A stretch of DNA of 64,000 bases from Octopus sinensis (taxonomy: Eukaryota): NCBI RefSeq assembly GCF_006345805.1, contig NC_043003.1:116374001-116438000 (forward strand), in the 5' to 3' direction. The notes under the pieces are model-generated. The model saw only the letters and a list, made by a program, of their open reading frames with translations. It did not search any database and was not told where the DNA came from. The position numbers and the translations under genes are program-made. Within the stretch, counting starts at the first letter, position 1; each line of letters starts with the position of its first letter. Below are positions 49,508 to 63,273 of this stretch, in pieces.

Positions 49508-50859
49508 TATGCTGTTTGGGTCATAAACGTAATCCGTCGTCCTGTTTAATACTTTCTCCGGATCCGCAGGCAGTTTTAGGGAGGTCCGCGCATACCAGTC
49601 TGGGTACCCGATCCCCTACAACTTCCCTCTAAGCAGTCCCACAATCTCTAGAAAATTTCATTGACACTACTCCCCTTCTGATAACTAAAACAATGTAAAA
49701 CACTGGCTTTTGTACACAATCACACAGACAGAAATCTAGCTTAATACATTGGCCCCCGAATTATGAATTCAAACATTTAAACCGGCATGACTTGAACATA
49801 GAATGTAATTTAATACATAAAAACATTTCATTTCGTGCTCCATCGATTTTTCAATCGATTCCTCGTGAATAGTCCAATATTTAAAGTTGAAACACACAAA
49901 GCTTTACTCCATTGACAGAATTAATAGTAGATATATTGAACTATTAATATTGTATATATTTAGGCTTCCTGCGTTAATATAAGTTGTTTATAGAGTTGTA
50001 CGAACACAATGCGTATAGTAATAAGAAATAAGATACATATTTTACATTCCTCACGAACGGTAAAAGGAAATTAAATTTCCGTCGAAATATTTTGTCAATA
50101 ATGTTACAGATTTCTGCCCTGTTCTCTTAGAAAACATTTATACACTATTATAATAAGTAGATACAAATTGCATAGAATCAAGTCTGCATATATGAGGTAT
50201 CTCGCAATTTTGCAGATGCTGTGCAGTGAGTGTGAATTGCATGGAAAGATATCTAGGACAGTACACATACGTTTCGCTATTACTGCAATGATAGCACGAT
50301 CTGTAAAGAAACAAACTAGGATATGCATTACTCATTTTGCTAATAATGCTTATAAAATCTGAACTGATTTACTCGGTCGACAGTATTTTAATACGTGAGG
50401 ATGTTGCTCTGCTTGGAGCGATGGTCTCAATCAGACGGAATCAAATCAATGACATTAAGCGACCCAATCTCCATCCGAACTTTTTTTTTTCTTCTTTCCC
50501 AGATAAAGTATTAAATGAACTTCAACAATGTCTGTCCTTAAAATGAAGCAGTTGTCTTGTGGTGATATTTGACTGCTAATTACGATAACTCGAAGAATAG
50601 TGTACAATTCTGAGCGTTGGTTTGCCTCAGATAAAAATCAATGTATTTTTGTTTATTTCGCCAAGAAAATACATAAATTGATATAAATTGTACGTGTGTG
50701 TGTGTGTGTGTGTGTGTGTGGTGTGAGTCTTCCATGCTTAATTCGTAATACCTGTGCATTTAGATAGTTACATATACACAGACACACAGACACACAGATA
50801 TACACACTCGCACATATATATAAAGAGAAAAAGAGGGAGGGAGAGTGAAATAGAGAGAA

Positions 50860-50948
<89 letters not shown>

Positions 50949-50950
50949 TA

Positions 50951-51120
50951 TACCGGAGTAAACACATAAATGTGAAACAAGGTGGAAAAAAGAGTACTCA
51001 AATACCAATGGTAGAGTATATGCTTTATTTAGAGCAGCAGAAAATTCAACAAAACCTGTTACGGCAACGTGAGACTCAGAGTAACAGGTTTTGTTGAATT
51101 TTCTGCTGCTTTAAATAAAG
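50951..51120. mobile_element. Penelope-like remnant, family P4, fold-back copy 1
   Basis: 40-bp arms 51023-51062 / 51081-51120; spacer is a hammerhead remnant (GGCAACGTGAGACTCAGA). Confidence 0.7.
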
Positions 51121-51572
51121 TATATATATATAATATATATATATATATACACTCATTTTATTCTTATTTCCAAGATAAGGCAGTGTATGTAAAATTATAC
51201 TAAAATACATGGTATTTTCTCAACAGCTGAACGAAATGTTGAACAGATTGAGACTAGGATATGCAGTATGGAATTCATTTTGAATATATTGCAGAAAGAG
51301 TGCGGTTTAGAAATGATTTTATTAATATTGGGATTCGATGTGAAGTATGCAAAAAAGATAGGTATTATTCTGGAACGTCTCAGTTGTGGGAAATTTTAGC
51401 AAAACACTTCATCATGCGTCGAGAATTCGTGATAACTTCCTTTACAAAAAATATATCAGTTGAATAAGCGTGTGCGTGTATCAGTTTGTTTGCGTATGTG
51501 TGTGTGTGTGTTTCCATCTGTGCGAGTCAGTATGTCTAAACAAGAAATATACATATGCGTGTGAGTGTGTGC

Positions 51573-51605
<33 letters not shown>

Positions 51606-51609
<4 letters not shown>

Positions 51610-51798
51610 GGAGTAAGCATATAAATGTGAAACAAGGTGGAAAAAAGAGTACTCAAATACCTGAGGTAGAGTAATATGCTTTATATAAAAGCAGTAGAAA
51701 TATCGAAAAACTGTTACTCAGAGTTTCACATTCCCGACGAAAGGGGAAGTGAAACTCTGAGTAACAAGTTTTGTGATATTTCTGCTGCATTTAATAAA
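51606..51798. mobile_element. Penelope-like remnant, family P4, fold-back copy 2
   Basis: ~56-bp arms 51680-51735 / 51743-51798; CCGACGA(51734-51740)..GAAACTCTGAGTA.AC partial hammerhead. Confidence 0.7.
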
Positions 51799-51840
<42 letters not shown>

Positions 51841-51914
51841 ATATGTATATATACGTATGTATATATATATGTGTGTGTGTGAATGTATATGTATGTATAT
51901 ATATATATATATAC

Positions 51915-51946
<32 letters not shown>

Positions 51947-51973
51947 ATATATATATATATTATATATATATAT

Positions 51974-52018
<45 letters not shown>

Positions 52019-52067
52019 CATACATATACATACACACACATATATATATACATACGTATATATACAT

Positions 52068-52118
<51 letters not shown>

Positions 52119-52881
52119 CATATACGCATACAGAAATATATAAAAAATATATATTTGTGTGGGTGTATGTGTGTGAGCGTGCGTATGTGTGTGTATATAT
52201 GCATGGATATATTTGTAATTCAAATGTTTATAGACACACGTGCGCACACACACACGCACACATTTAATTAAAGTAAAAGAAGAATGTTGCCGCCCCACCT
52301 CACAAAGGCGAATATTGTGCACGTGACTGTTTGAGTTTGTATGCGTCATATTTTGTGAGCGTGTGTACGTGTGTGTGTGTGTGTTTAGAAGAGTGTGTCA
52401 TTCTAATTGACACTCTTTACACATCTTTAGAATGTTATGCAGTTTATGTAGTCGACAGCGAAACGCCTCGAAGACAACATCTTCTTTTTTCTATTACTTA
52501 ATCAAGTGTAATTTATCAATAAGTTCCGGCAAGAAAATTACTCAACAAATACAAAAATACAAATTTTCTTTCGCAACTTTAATGACGTGAATTGCATTAA
52601 CAATCCTTTGCTTTTCGCTCTCCAATAAAGAAGAAGGAACGAGTTGTTTGGCCAATTGAATTTCAAAATGTTCCAGTGAACACATGCGTGTATGTGATCA
52701 AGCATGCATATCCATACTTAAAAGTGAGAAATATCGTTTATCCACATATATATGAACAAACAACATATAGGTGTGTCTATATAGATGCATAATTTTATAC
52801 AAATATATATATTTATGTATGTATACACACAGACACACGCACACACACACACAATATATATATATATATATATGTATATAA

Positions 52882-53061
52882 AGTTAATCCAAACAAGAAA
52901 ACAAAAACAAAAAAACAACAACGCAAGGACGTGGAACAAATAAAGTATTATTGGACGCTCAGAAAAGAAGGGAAGAAGGAGGGTTTGACGTTTCGAGCGG
53001 AGCTCTTCGTCGGAAACATAGGAGAAGGAAAGATCCCGAAAAGGGAAGACAGGGGAAAAAA
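52882..53061 (-). mobile_element. Penelope-like repeat remnant, family P2
   Basis: Homologous to 41733-41907. Confidence 0.7.
52983..53017 (-). ncRNA. Minimal type I hammerhead-like motif (CCGACGA core, GUC site)
   Basis: GTTT CCGACGA AGAGC TCC GCTC GAAAC GTC AAAC. Confidence 0.65.
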
Positions 53062-53119
53062 TATGTATGTATATATGCATAAATGTGTATATGCATAAAT
53101 ATATATAACTTCACACATA

Positions 53120-53560
53120 TATAGTTGAAATTTACAGAAAACAAAACAAAAGACGTAGACGGGTGTCTAAACAACGAACTGATGCATTAGTTTTACGCTC
53201 AGGAAGTGAGAAAGGCTTTTACGTTTCGAGCCTACGCTCTTTAACAGAAAGGAAAACAGAAATAAACAGGGAGAGAAAATAAAAATGGTTTAGTGGCAAG
53301 CGATCAATCATGGCGAATGCCGGTCAGAGGTGGTCAGAGAGGAGAGCTAGGAAGAAGGGGAGGTAAAAAAGAAAGTAGTGGTGATCCCAAAACGAAGATG
53401 CGCGTGCGAATGTCAGAGCGTGTGTACGCGTGTGGTAGGGGCTGGTGACCTTGACGTGTGCGTGTGTGCATGTATAGGTGTGTGGATGATGGTGTAGGTG
53501 CTGGGAAGTGACCAGTGCTAATGTGTGCGGGGTGGTGTGTGTGTGTATGTGTATGTGTGT
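53120..53560 (-). mobile_element. Penelope-like repeat remnant, family P1 (longer copy)
   Basis: Homologous to 188-392 over its first ~200 bp; 3' boundary uncertain. Confidence 0.55.
53216..53251 (-). ncRNA. Degenerate hammerhead-like motif (CUGUUAA core)
   Basis: CTTT CTGTTAA AGAGC GTAG GCTC GAAAC GTA AAAG. Confidence 0.45.
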
Positions 53561-53747
53561 TCAGAGACGATATAATGGAAAGCATCCACAAATACATTTC
53601 AAATAATTGTGACTTTCCTCAAAGTCACGAAAAGGATGGACCAACGGAAATGGATTCGCTAACAATGTTCAATGAAAAATGAAAATGAATTCAAGGAATA
53701 GTTTGCTACAAATTGCTTGAAGCATTTTCATGTGTAAATCTTATATT

Positions 53748-53987
53748 GTTTTACTCTTTTACTTGTTTCAGTCATCTGACTTCGGCCATGCTGGTGCACC
53801 GCCTTTAGTCGAGCAAATCGACCCCGGGACTTATTCTTTGTAAGTATAGCACTTATTCTATCGGTCTCTTTTGCCAAACCGGTAAGTTACGGGGACATAA
53901 ACACACCAGCATCGGTTGTCAAGCGATGTTGGGGGGACAAACACAGACAAACAAGCATATACACAGACGCATATATATATATATTAT

Positions 53988-54049
<62 letters not shown>

Positions 54050-54215
54050 CGACGAGCTTCTTTCTGTTTCCGTCTACCAAATCCACTCACAAGGTTTTGC
54101 TATTCCTGAGGCTATAGTAGAAGACACTTGCCCAAGATGCTACGCAGTTGGACTGAACCCGGAACCATGTGGTTTGTAATCAAGCGACTTACCACACAGC
54201 CACTCCTACGCCTAT
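53748..54215 (-). mobile_element. Full-length SINE group B
   Basis: Head, core, central (TA)n and (TTTTACTC)n-type tail. Confidence 0.92.
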
Positions 54216-54880
54216 TGGCCAAAAAATCTGGTTGCTTTTTTTAAAAATACAAATCAGCGATTTACTGTCAATGAACGAATAACCAGTATTTTTCGCTATC
54301 TTGCGGACAGATCCATTATTCGCTACTCAAAGTATTTCCTATCTTAACTGGCGAAAACTCTTCTAGGTGAATGTTTATATACTCCTCAAATCTTCCTAGC
54401 TAAATTCCAGTACCCTCTGATGTATCTGTAATTATGTGTTTGCTTTCGCACAGTCAAGATCAACAAGTGCTGGACGCTTCTGGTTGATGACTGCGTTTAA
54501 TTCGTTCAACTGGTGCAGTACACGTCGAAATAGAATGTCTTGTGCGTGAGAAGAAGCTCGTAAAAACTGCCTTCCAATCCCACAAAATTGGCAGCATCCT
54601 CGGTGAAGTCCTTCTTTGGAGGTCGTTTGTGGTGGTTTACTATGCTTCTGTCTTGATCCTTTGTGTTTCACATTGTTATAGACGATCCACCTTTTGTCAG
54701 CTGTTACAATTCAATTCTAAAAATGATCATTTTCTTCGTGTTTCTAACCACAAATTGACATCCGATGAATGAGATTAGCCTCATTCAATTGATGTAGGAC
54801 CCAAACATTGAGCCTACGGACGTAACCAATTTGATGAAAACGATTTTCAATATTTAATCTGGATAACTGGGGAATATCTG
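54216..54880 (-). mobile_element. mariner transposase relic
   Basis: HEENDHF*N*IVTADKRWIVYNNVKHK..TSKEGLH..WDWK..FYELL..VYC..LNELNAVINQKRPALV, matching mariner IVTGDEKWxxYNN and WDxKG motifs. Confidence 0.85.
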
Positions 54881-55349
54881 CGATAATCCTGCTGGTAATC
54901 TCACGTGGTTGGTAAGAACGAATAGCAATTTAAACCGAAAGATTTCCTGATATATAACTTCACGCATATATAGTTGGAATTTACAGAAAACAAAACAAAA
55001 GAAGTAGACGGGTGTCTAAACAATATATATTCACTCATTTTATTCTTATGACGATGATGATGATAAGGAGGAGGAGGATTTTGGACCAATGCCAGCAATT
55101 TAGTGGGGAAGGGGTAAGTCGATTACATCGACCCCCAGTCCGAAAACCACTTCTGGCACACATATTCTTTAACAGTATTCTCTCCGCGCACGACGTTTAT
55201 CTTCCTCAAGGTTTTACAATAAACATGCATGAGGTGTCGATAATGTTTGTGTGCTTCTCTAATTTCAGGTGATCCCAAGCACGCAAAATACAGTCTGTTT
55301 CGTTGTAAGTTCGCACCGAACTACGTTGTTAAGTGAAGAATCAAGCAAG

Positions 55350-55403
55350 TGCGCATGCGCAATGGACAGACTTGAATCAGCTACGTATTAGAATGCCGGA
55401 AGT
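55350..55403. promoter_or_regulatory. Candidate housekeeping-type promoter motifs (NRF1-type palindrome and ETS site)
   Basis: TGCGCATGCGCA at 55350-55361 and CCGGAAGT at 55396-55403 in non-repetitive sequence. Confidence 0.4.
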
Positions 55404-56919
55404 GTAGTGTCGACAAAACCCCAAAGGACACTTAGGGTGACCGAATGCATGTGAGAAATTATGTATATGTAAATTTATTTTAATAGTTTAACGTAACTTG
55501 AAGATACTGCATTGCTTTACATAATTTGTTTGGTTTTTCTATTAAATTTCGGGAAACATTTTCCTTGTCAAATATAAGATTAGTCAGAGAGTTCTGGGAA
55601 AAATGTTATTAGAAGTAAATGTGTCGAAAACATTTTTCTCTCAACTGATAAATTGTTTTCTTTCTATATTTCACGATAGGAATCTTTCCGATAAGTATAT
55701 TAGATGTATCAAATAAACTATGGAAGGTATTGCTGTGTTCTCGTTTCTCATACACTGCGATGGACACCTCATGCAACTTGCTGTGTCATAGCCTCCAGAA
55801 ATAAAAAGAGGATTGCCACTGTTCCTTACCAATAACAGAAGAGTTTTTATCTGACAGTTTCGAAGCTCTTCAAGAATCTTGGCTAATTATAGTCACTGGT
55901 AGCACAGTCATGGCTATATCTTGAGTTTTTACACCTAGAATACTAATAAAATCAGGCCATGAATTTTTAGAAATAGCTCTTAATCCCAGATGTTCCAGAA
56001 GAGAATACTATCCTCATGACATACAAAAACATTCCCAGGCCTTCAGCACTCATGATTTACAGCGAGACTCTAAGGACTGCGGAAACTGAAATTCCCTCAA
56101 TTGAATATATTATGCTGCGGCTGTCAAATGAGTTGCGTTGCTATTCTGCATCCCCAAGGCTCACCTATTCTCTGAGTGTGACCAAAAACTAAATTCGATC
56201 AAAGACGGAAATTGCAGCAAGAAATGTCTAGGAAAAGATTAAGAAATCTGCTAACTGTTGTCAGCCACTATACTCTGCGGTGCCGCAGCGTCGGTGCGTT
56301 CCTACAATAAGAATTTTATTAATAGTGATCAGATGGAATAACAATGATACATATTATAAAATAATTCATAAAATTATATTGTTATATTTAACACAAAGAA
56401 GGAAAATAGAATCCTCAACTAACAATGGAAGACATAAATGTATAAGAATAACATCAGCAACATTAATATATAGCTATAAAATAAGACATTGATGAAAATT
56501 ATGCACCCGTTTAGATTTGTTTATGTATATATGCCATAGATAAATTCAGCCATTTCGTCTCAGGATTTATTGATCTGTTTTAACAATTTATCCGGTAAAT
56601 AGTCATTAGAAAATGTTCAATCTTTCAAGCAAAGAAACTAACTTTGTACTCCACGCTATAAGTAAGAAATGCCTCTTATATATACATTAGACCTTACACA
56701 ACAGATTTAAACACAAATATTACAATTTTTGTGCAAAAAAATATACATAGTAGTTTGAAACATCTGTGCTGCCTTTTATGGTAAAGCTTATCAAATTAGT
56801 GTATAACGATTGTCACACTTTCTATTTACCTGAAAATTGATCTGGCTATCAACATCTAAATCCTTCTTTATATCTCCCTCTCTGTTTCTAAAATTTGATC
56901 GCTTCTGAAATATATTGTA

Positions 56920-57300
56920 TCGTACAGGGGAGGTAGGTGTCCCTGAGGATTATGGATTAAAAAGGGCTTGGCTGAAGATAGTATTCTGGGATAACTCAAT
57001 ACTCATAATATTTTGTTTCTTTTGGAATGTAGGACTACAGGGGCAACAGTGTTCTAGGTGTGGCCATGCAAGCGAGGAGAAGAGGAGAATGATGATATCT
57101 AGCTCGCTGGGTTGGAAAGTTCTAAGGATCAAAGAGCTCATCCTGCAGATTATACTGTCTTTATTGCTGATTTGGGCATTCCAGCTGAGATTATCGTCAA
57201 CAATCAATCTTCGGACCCTGATGTTGTTGGATATTGTGTGTATTTCTCCTGAAGGAAGAAGGTATATTTGTTTAAGCGCATTCTCGGTCTAAAGTCCATT
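56920..57300 (-). mobile_element. CR1-like LINE RT C-terminal fragment
   Basis: VDDNLSWNAQISN..RMSSLILRTFQPSELDIIILLFSSLAWPHLEHC. Confidence 0.8.
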
Positions 57301-57735
57301 ATTTTCCCTCACTTAATCGCATAGATGTAACATAAAATTCTAAAAATAATTTGAAAATCTGCCAAATTGGTCAATGAAAAGAAGAAAATTAAATAATATT
57401 AGTAATTAAGCAATGAAAAAAAAATACCCGTACCCAGTAGAGTTAATATAACAACAGAAAATCACTGAGACAAAATAACGAAATTAACAGGAATGAGCAG
57501 AACAAATTGAGGAGCATGGATGCAATGATGTAATTAGCAGACTAAAACCGGGTATAATAATGTAATCACTATAAAGAGTGAAGGCAATCACTGAATTAGT
57601 CAATTAATAAGTATTTCATTGAAACTGGATATAATAATGAATTTGACTAAAAGAAAAAGGATATGAAACACAACAATCAACTTTTGGATAACCAGATATA
57701 TCAATAATAAAAATAATAATAATAGTAATAATAAG

Positions 57736-57738
57736 ATG

Positions 57739-57782
<44 letters not shown>

Positions 57783-57975
57783 AATGTTGGTGGTGGTGAT
57801 GATGATGATGATGATGATGGTGGTGGTGATGATGATGATGTTGATGATGATGATGGTGGTGGTAGTGGTGGTGGTGATGACGATGATGATGGTGGTGGTG
57901 ATGATGATGATGATGGTGATGATGATGGTGGTGATGATGATGATGATGATCATGAGGAGGAAGAGGAGGAAGAGG
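57736..57975. repeat. Compound (ATG)n/(GTG)n/(AGG)n microsatellite
   Basis: Direct reading. Confidence 0.95.
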
Positions 57976-58580
57976 AGGAGGATTTTGGACCAGTGCCTGC
58001 AATTTAGTGGGGAAGGGATAAGTCGATTACATCGACTCCCAGTGCTAAACTTGTAATTATTTTATCGACCCTGAAAGGGTAAACGGATAAGTCGACCTCA
58101 GCGGAATTTGAACTCATTCGTAAACTCGAATGAAATGCCGTCAAGCATTTTGTCCGGCTTAACTAACGCTTCATCCAGCTCGTCACCTCATATTAGTAAT
58201 AATAATAACATTACTCGTAGCCCGCCGAGGTCGACTTTGCCTTTCACCCTTTCGGAGTCGATAAATTAAGTACCACTTACGTACCTGTGTCGGCCTAATA
58301 GACTGGTACCCCGCCCCAAAAATCTTGTGCCTTGTGCCTAGAGTAAACAAGAATATTAGTAGTAGTAGTTTAAATCGGCGAACAGGAACGATCGATAGCA
58401 CGCCACGCAAGATGCTTAGGAGCATTTCGTCTGCCCTGAGTTCAAATTCTGCAGAGGCCGACTTTGTCTTTTATCCAGTCGAGGTCGATATAAAAAAAAA
58501 GTACCAATCTGAGCACTATCTCTTTAAACAACTTAACCCCTTCTCCGAAATTTATGGCCTTGTGCAAAAATTTGGAGCCT
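57976..58580. mobile_element. Three diverged SINE group C copies (minus ~57976-58175; plus ~58220-58330; plus ~58365-58580)
   Basis: GTCGACTTTG(C/T)C cores and AGTTCAAATTC B-box remnants. Confidence 0.75.
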
Positions 58581-58582
58581 GT

Positions 58583-58862
<280 letters not shown>

Positions 58863-59401
58863 TGTCGCCAACAAGAGAAGTAACAGAAACCAATAACAGA
58901 ACAATTCCCGAAATTTAGAATTTAGCCAACGCGAACAATAGCACAACAGTCAAAGCGGAAGAACGAATGGATTCTCTTGTTGATAGTAAACCAGCTCGAA
59001 AATCACAGAAAGGCTGTAGTCTTGAGATTGCATTAACGAAAAGCAGTTCGTACTCTTCCCTTCATTCATAATACACGATTGACCAATTCCGTTATTGGTT
59101 GACGGTACAGAAGATACAGCAATATAACCACCTCTGCTGTAACTCAGCTGTTTCCAGAAGCAAATTCCTAGCCCCTTGTACACTTACACCTTCTCCCCTC
59201 ATGGATACACCTCGAAAGATAAACAAGCCCGTACATTTGCCGCGTCCGTGAAGCATTAGGGGATGCCAGTTACTGGTTAAATTCAAACATGGATATCTGC
59301 ATACCTGATTATCTGTAGGGGGATTAGTCCCACAGGCTTTTAAAATTCTTAATAAATTACAAACGCAGGGTACTATTATTATTATTGTCATTATTATTAT
59401 A

Positions 59402-59481
<80 letters not shown>

Positions 59482-59485
59482 TATT

Positions 59486-60226
<741 letters not shown>

Positions 60227-60404
60227 CATTATTATTTCTCTTTATCTCAGGATTTTTTGTTTGAGCTTTTGGAGTCTTGCATGCGAGAGCGACCCAATCA
60301 GACATAGACAAACAAGCAAGCAAAAGAGGAGGGAATTCACAGTATAAGTTTCCGGTGATTGAAAGTATATAAAATTGGGTAAGGTTGTCTCAAGATTCAA
60401 TTTC

Positions 60405-60641
60405 TAAGGGGTGGGGGGAAGGGTGTCTTTTTTGCTTCACAAATGTAAATAAACCCAATCTGTTTCTTAAACGAGGGACATATTCATACGGCACAGAATG
60501 TTTTTTTTTACCTCTATAGACGTCACTGATTGGTTGAAATTGCAGAAATTGAAGAAAAAAAAACAAATTTCTTACAAACTATAGAATTTTCTCAATAAAG
60601 CCAAGAGAAAAAGATGTATTATAAACAGATTCTACCAGTAT
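60405..60641. mobile_element. Merlin-like MITE internal fragment without TIRs
   Basis: Matches the interior of copies 1-4 from the G-rich tract to TTCTACCAGTATA. Confidence 0.9.
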
Positions 60642-61073
60642 AGCCCCCATCTAAACTGTTAGATGGAGGCCATACTGCATTGATAAACCACTGAATCGAC
60701 GCGGGTGGATGGAATTTTTTTCTTCTGTTCCAGATATATTTTACTACCTCCTGCCTGAGAATCAAACTCCACATTCTAACATGCATTGGTTCTCTGTTGC
60801 ATTCTATACATGGACGTTCTACATAGCCTGACCTGTTTCCGTTTAGCACCATACCTGTCACAACCACTCATGACCTACGGTCAAATACTTCCCAGCTATA
60901 AATATACAGTCTTATTTTCAAACCTGTGGCTCATACCATTTTTCAAAACTTGTAGTATGTCGTTTAAGGGAGATTTATTTGCTACCTAGCTACGTCGAGC
61001 GTAATATAGACGTAGGTTTGTTGCTTCGTTCATGTGTGTGTGCGTGCGTGTGTGTGTGTGTGTGTATGTGTGT

Positions 61074-61111
<38 letters not shown>

Positions 61112-62592
61112 GTGTGTGTGTGTGTATTGGTGATAGTCCTGACGGAGACGGTTATACGGATATGTTCTGAATATAAGAGCTGCTACACATTGTATATATT
61201 TTATTTTTGACAAGTGGAGAGTGCTAAAATACCGAACGATGCCTCTCTAGTGTTCAAATCGTCCACAGGTTTGTGCTATGGACAGAATCTGAAGAAAATT
61301 TGTGATTTGAAAAACAAATGTCTTTTGAGGTTGAATGTAAGTCATTAATTCAAACATATCAATCACAATCCTTAAGGGATTGACCCCTCGCTAAAGATGA
61401 TGTCTTGCTGCTTAAATGTTAAATTCGCTTGACTGTCAGTGATACGGGTTAATTTGTGCAATGTGTTCAATAGATGTCTATTAGAGCCAATGCTATCATC
61501 CCTCATGTATATTTAGTGTTAGTTAAACTCAAAAGTTTGTGTTGTGTGAGAAATTATGTAGTCAATGGTCGTACTTTTGATATGACTTAGCGGTGGTAAT
61601 GGTTGAGACGAAGGGGAATTTTTCTGAGAGTTGCAAACTGCCATTGGCTGTTAAATTATAAGAAATGTTGTTACTTTTGTTGGTGGTGATGAAGTTGCAG
61701 CGGAAGTTTGTAAGATGGAGTTCGCTGACAGAGTTGATACAGTAATAACTTATTTATTTCAAGGAGGAATATTGTGCTAGGTGATAAAGTGTACCTGTTT
61801 ATTTTTTACTTATTTTCTCCCCCTGTTCTATGAATAAATAAATAAATTAAACTTTAAATATAATATGTTCAATGAATATTTTAATAACGAATAATGACAA
61901 TTTTTAGGAACTGGGAATTCCTTATAGATACCAGTCTGCTAGAGACGCTGTTTTGCTTAGAGTGATTGATTTCTAAGTTTACATTAACACTTACATTTAT
62001 AGGTACATATACATACACGTATGCATACCAACGTATATGTACATACACTTACACATACCTATATAAACATACATATACACGCACTCGCGCACTCACACAA
62101 ACGCACGCACACATAATGTAGAGGCATTTTGTGTGCATCGCAGATATATTAATGCACAATATTTATGTATCCATGTACAAATATGGGGAGAGTTACATAA
62201 ATAAATGCATACAATTATGCATACCAATACATTAATGTAGATAAACAGATGCATGTGTATTTACATATAACCAAATGGAAAAAAAATCCATGAAAATAAT
62301 TTTGTCGGCAATTGCATATATCATCTGCGAGCTGGGATGAGTAGCAAGGATATTCGGGTAGCAACAAGCTTGTCTCGGGTTCGGCCCGATGGCATAACAA
62401 CTTGGGCACTTGTGTTATTCTTTACTCAAGGGATAAGCAGTGATTGTTAGCGCAACAGAGTAAATGCAAAAAGAAGGAGTCATGGAGGATTATAAGCAAT
62501 AACGATATAAGGGTAGCGCCATTGTCAAATATCAATTGACTTCAACAACTGTTTCTTATTCGTAGAGTCGCAAGAATAACTTTTATCCTTTA

Positions 62593-63273
62593 CTAGCAGT
62601 ATCGCCCGGTGATGCTCGGGTTTGTTTCGACCCTTTAGAATTGGAATTTTTGAAAAGCAAAAATTTTGCATTATGTAGCTTGTTATTCTCTTTAAGTGAA
62701 CCCGGCTTTGCTCGGGTTTGTTTTGACCCTTTAGAATTGGAATTTTTGAAAAGTAAAAAATTTGCATTATGTAGCTTGTTCTTCTCTTTAAGTGAACCCG
62801 GCTTTGCTCGGTTTGTTTTGACCCTTTAGAATTGGAATTTTTGAAAAGTAAAAAATTTGCATTATGTAGCTTGTTCTTCTCTTTAAGTGAACCCGGCTTT
62901 GCTCGGGTTTGTTTCGACCCTTTAGAATTGGAATTTTTGAAAACTAAAAACTGTGCATTATGTAGCTTGTTATTCTCTTTAAGGGAACATTTTTCTGGTT
63001 GAAATACACCGTAAAATGGCGACACAGCAGTCAAAACAAATCGTAAAAAATAGGGCTTGTCATAGAAAAAAAGCACCTTTTTGATGTAAATAATTTTTGG
63101 TGTTAACATTGTCCGATTTGAATTTTTTCTTCTACGAAAGGAAGAGCAAGCCTTCTTTTATCACACTCTCAATTTTGGTTAACTTGCGCCGCAGGGTCTC
63201 GGAGAAGATAGTGTTAGTTGAAGGCTACCAAACCTGCCATACACAGACAACTTCAGCTTTATATAGAGAGAGA
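62593..63273 (-). mobile_element. Non-autonomous Helitron with four tandem ~96-bp subterminal units
   Basis: Minus 5' TC, 3' CTAG, A^T insertion site (a62592/t63274), hairpin CCCGG-TGATG-CTCGGG 9 nt inside the terminal CTAG; hairpin recurs at 62605, 62701, 62797 and 62892. Confidence 0.9.

Noticed and set aside
61269-61336. Candidate exon LCYGQNLKKICDLKNKCLLRLN, giving EGF-like C-x-C-x8-C spacing if spliced to 55269-55304
   Set aside because: Weak acceptor, missing EGF glycines and upstream cysteines; the join is my construction with no evidence.
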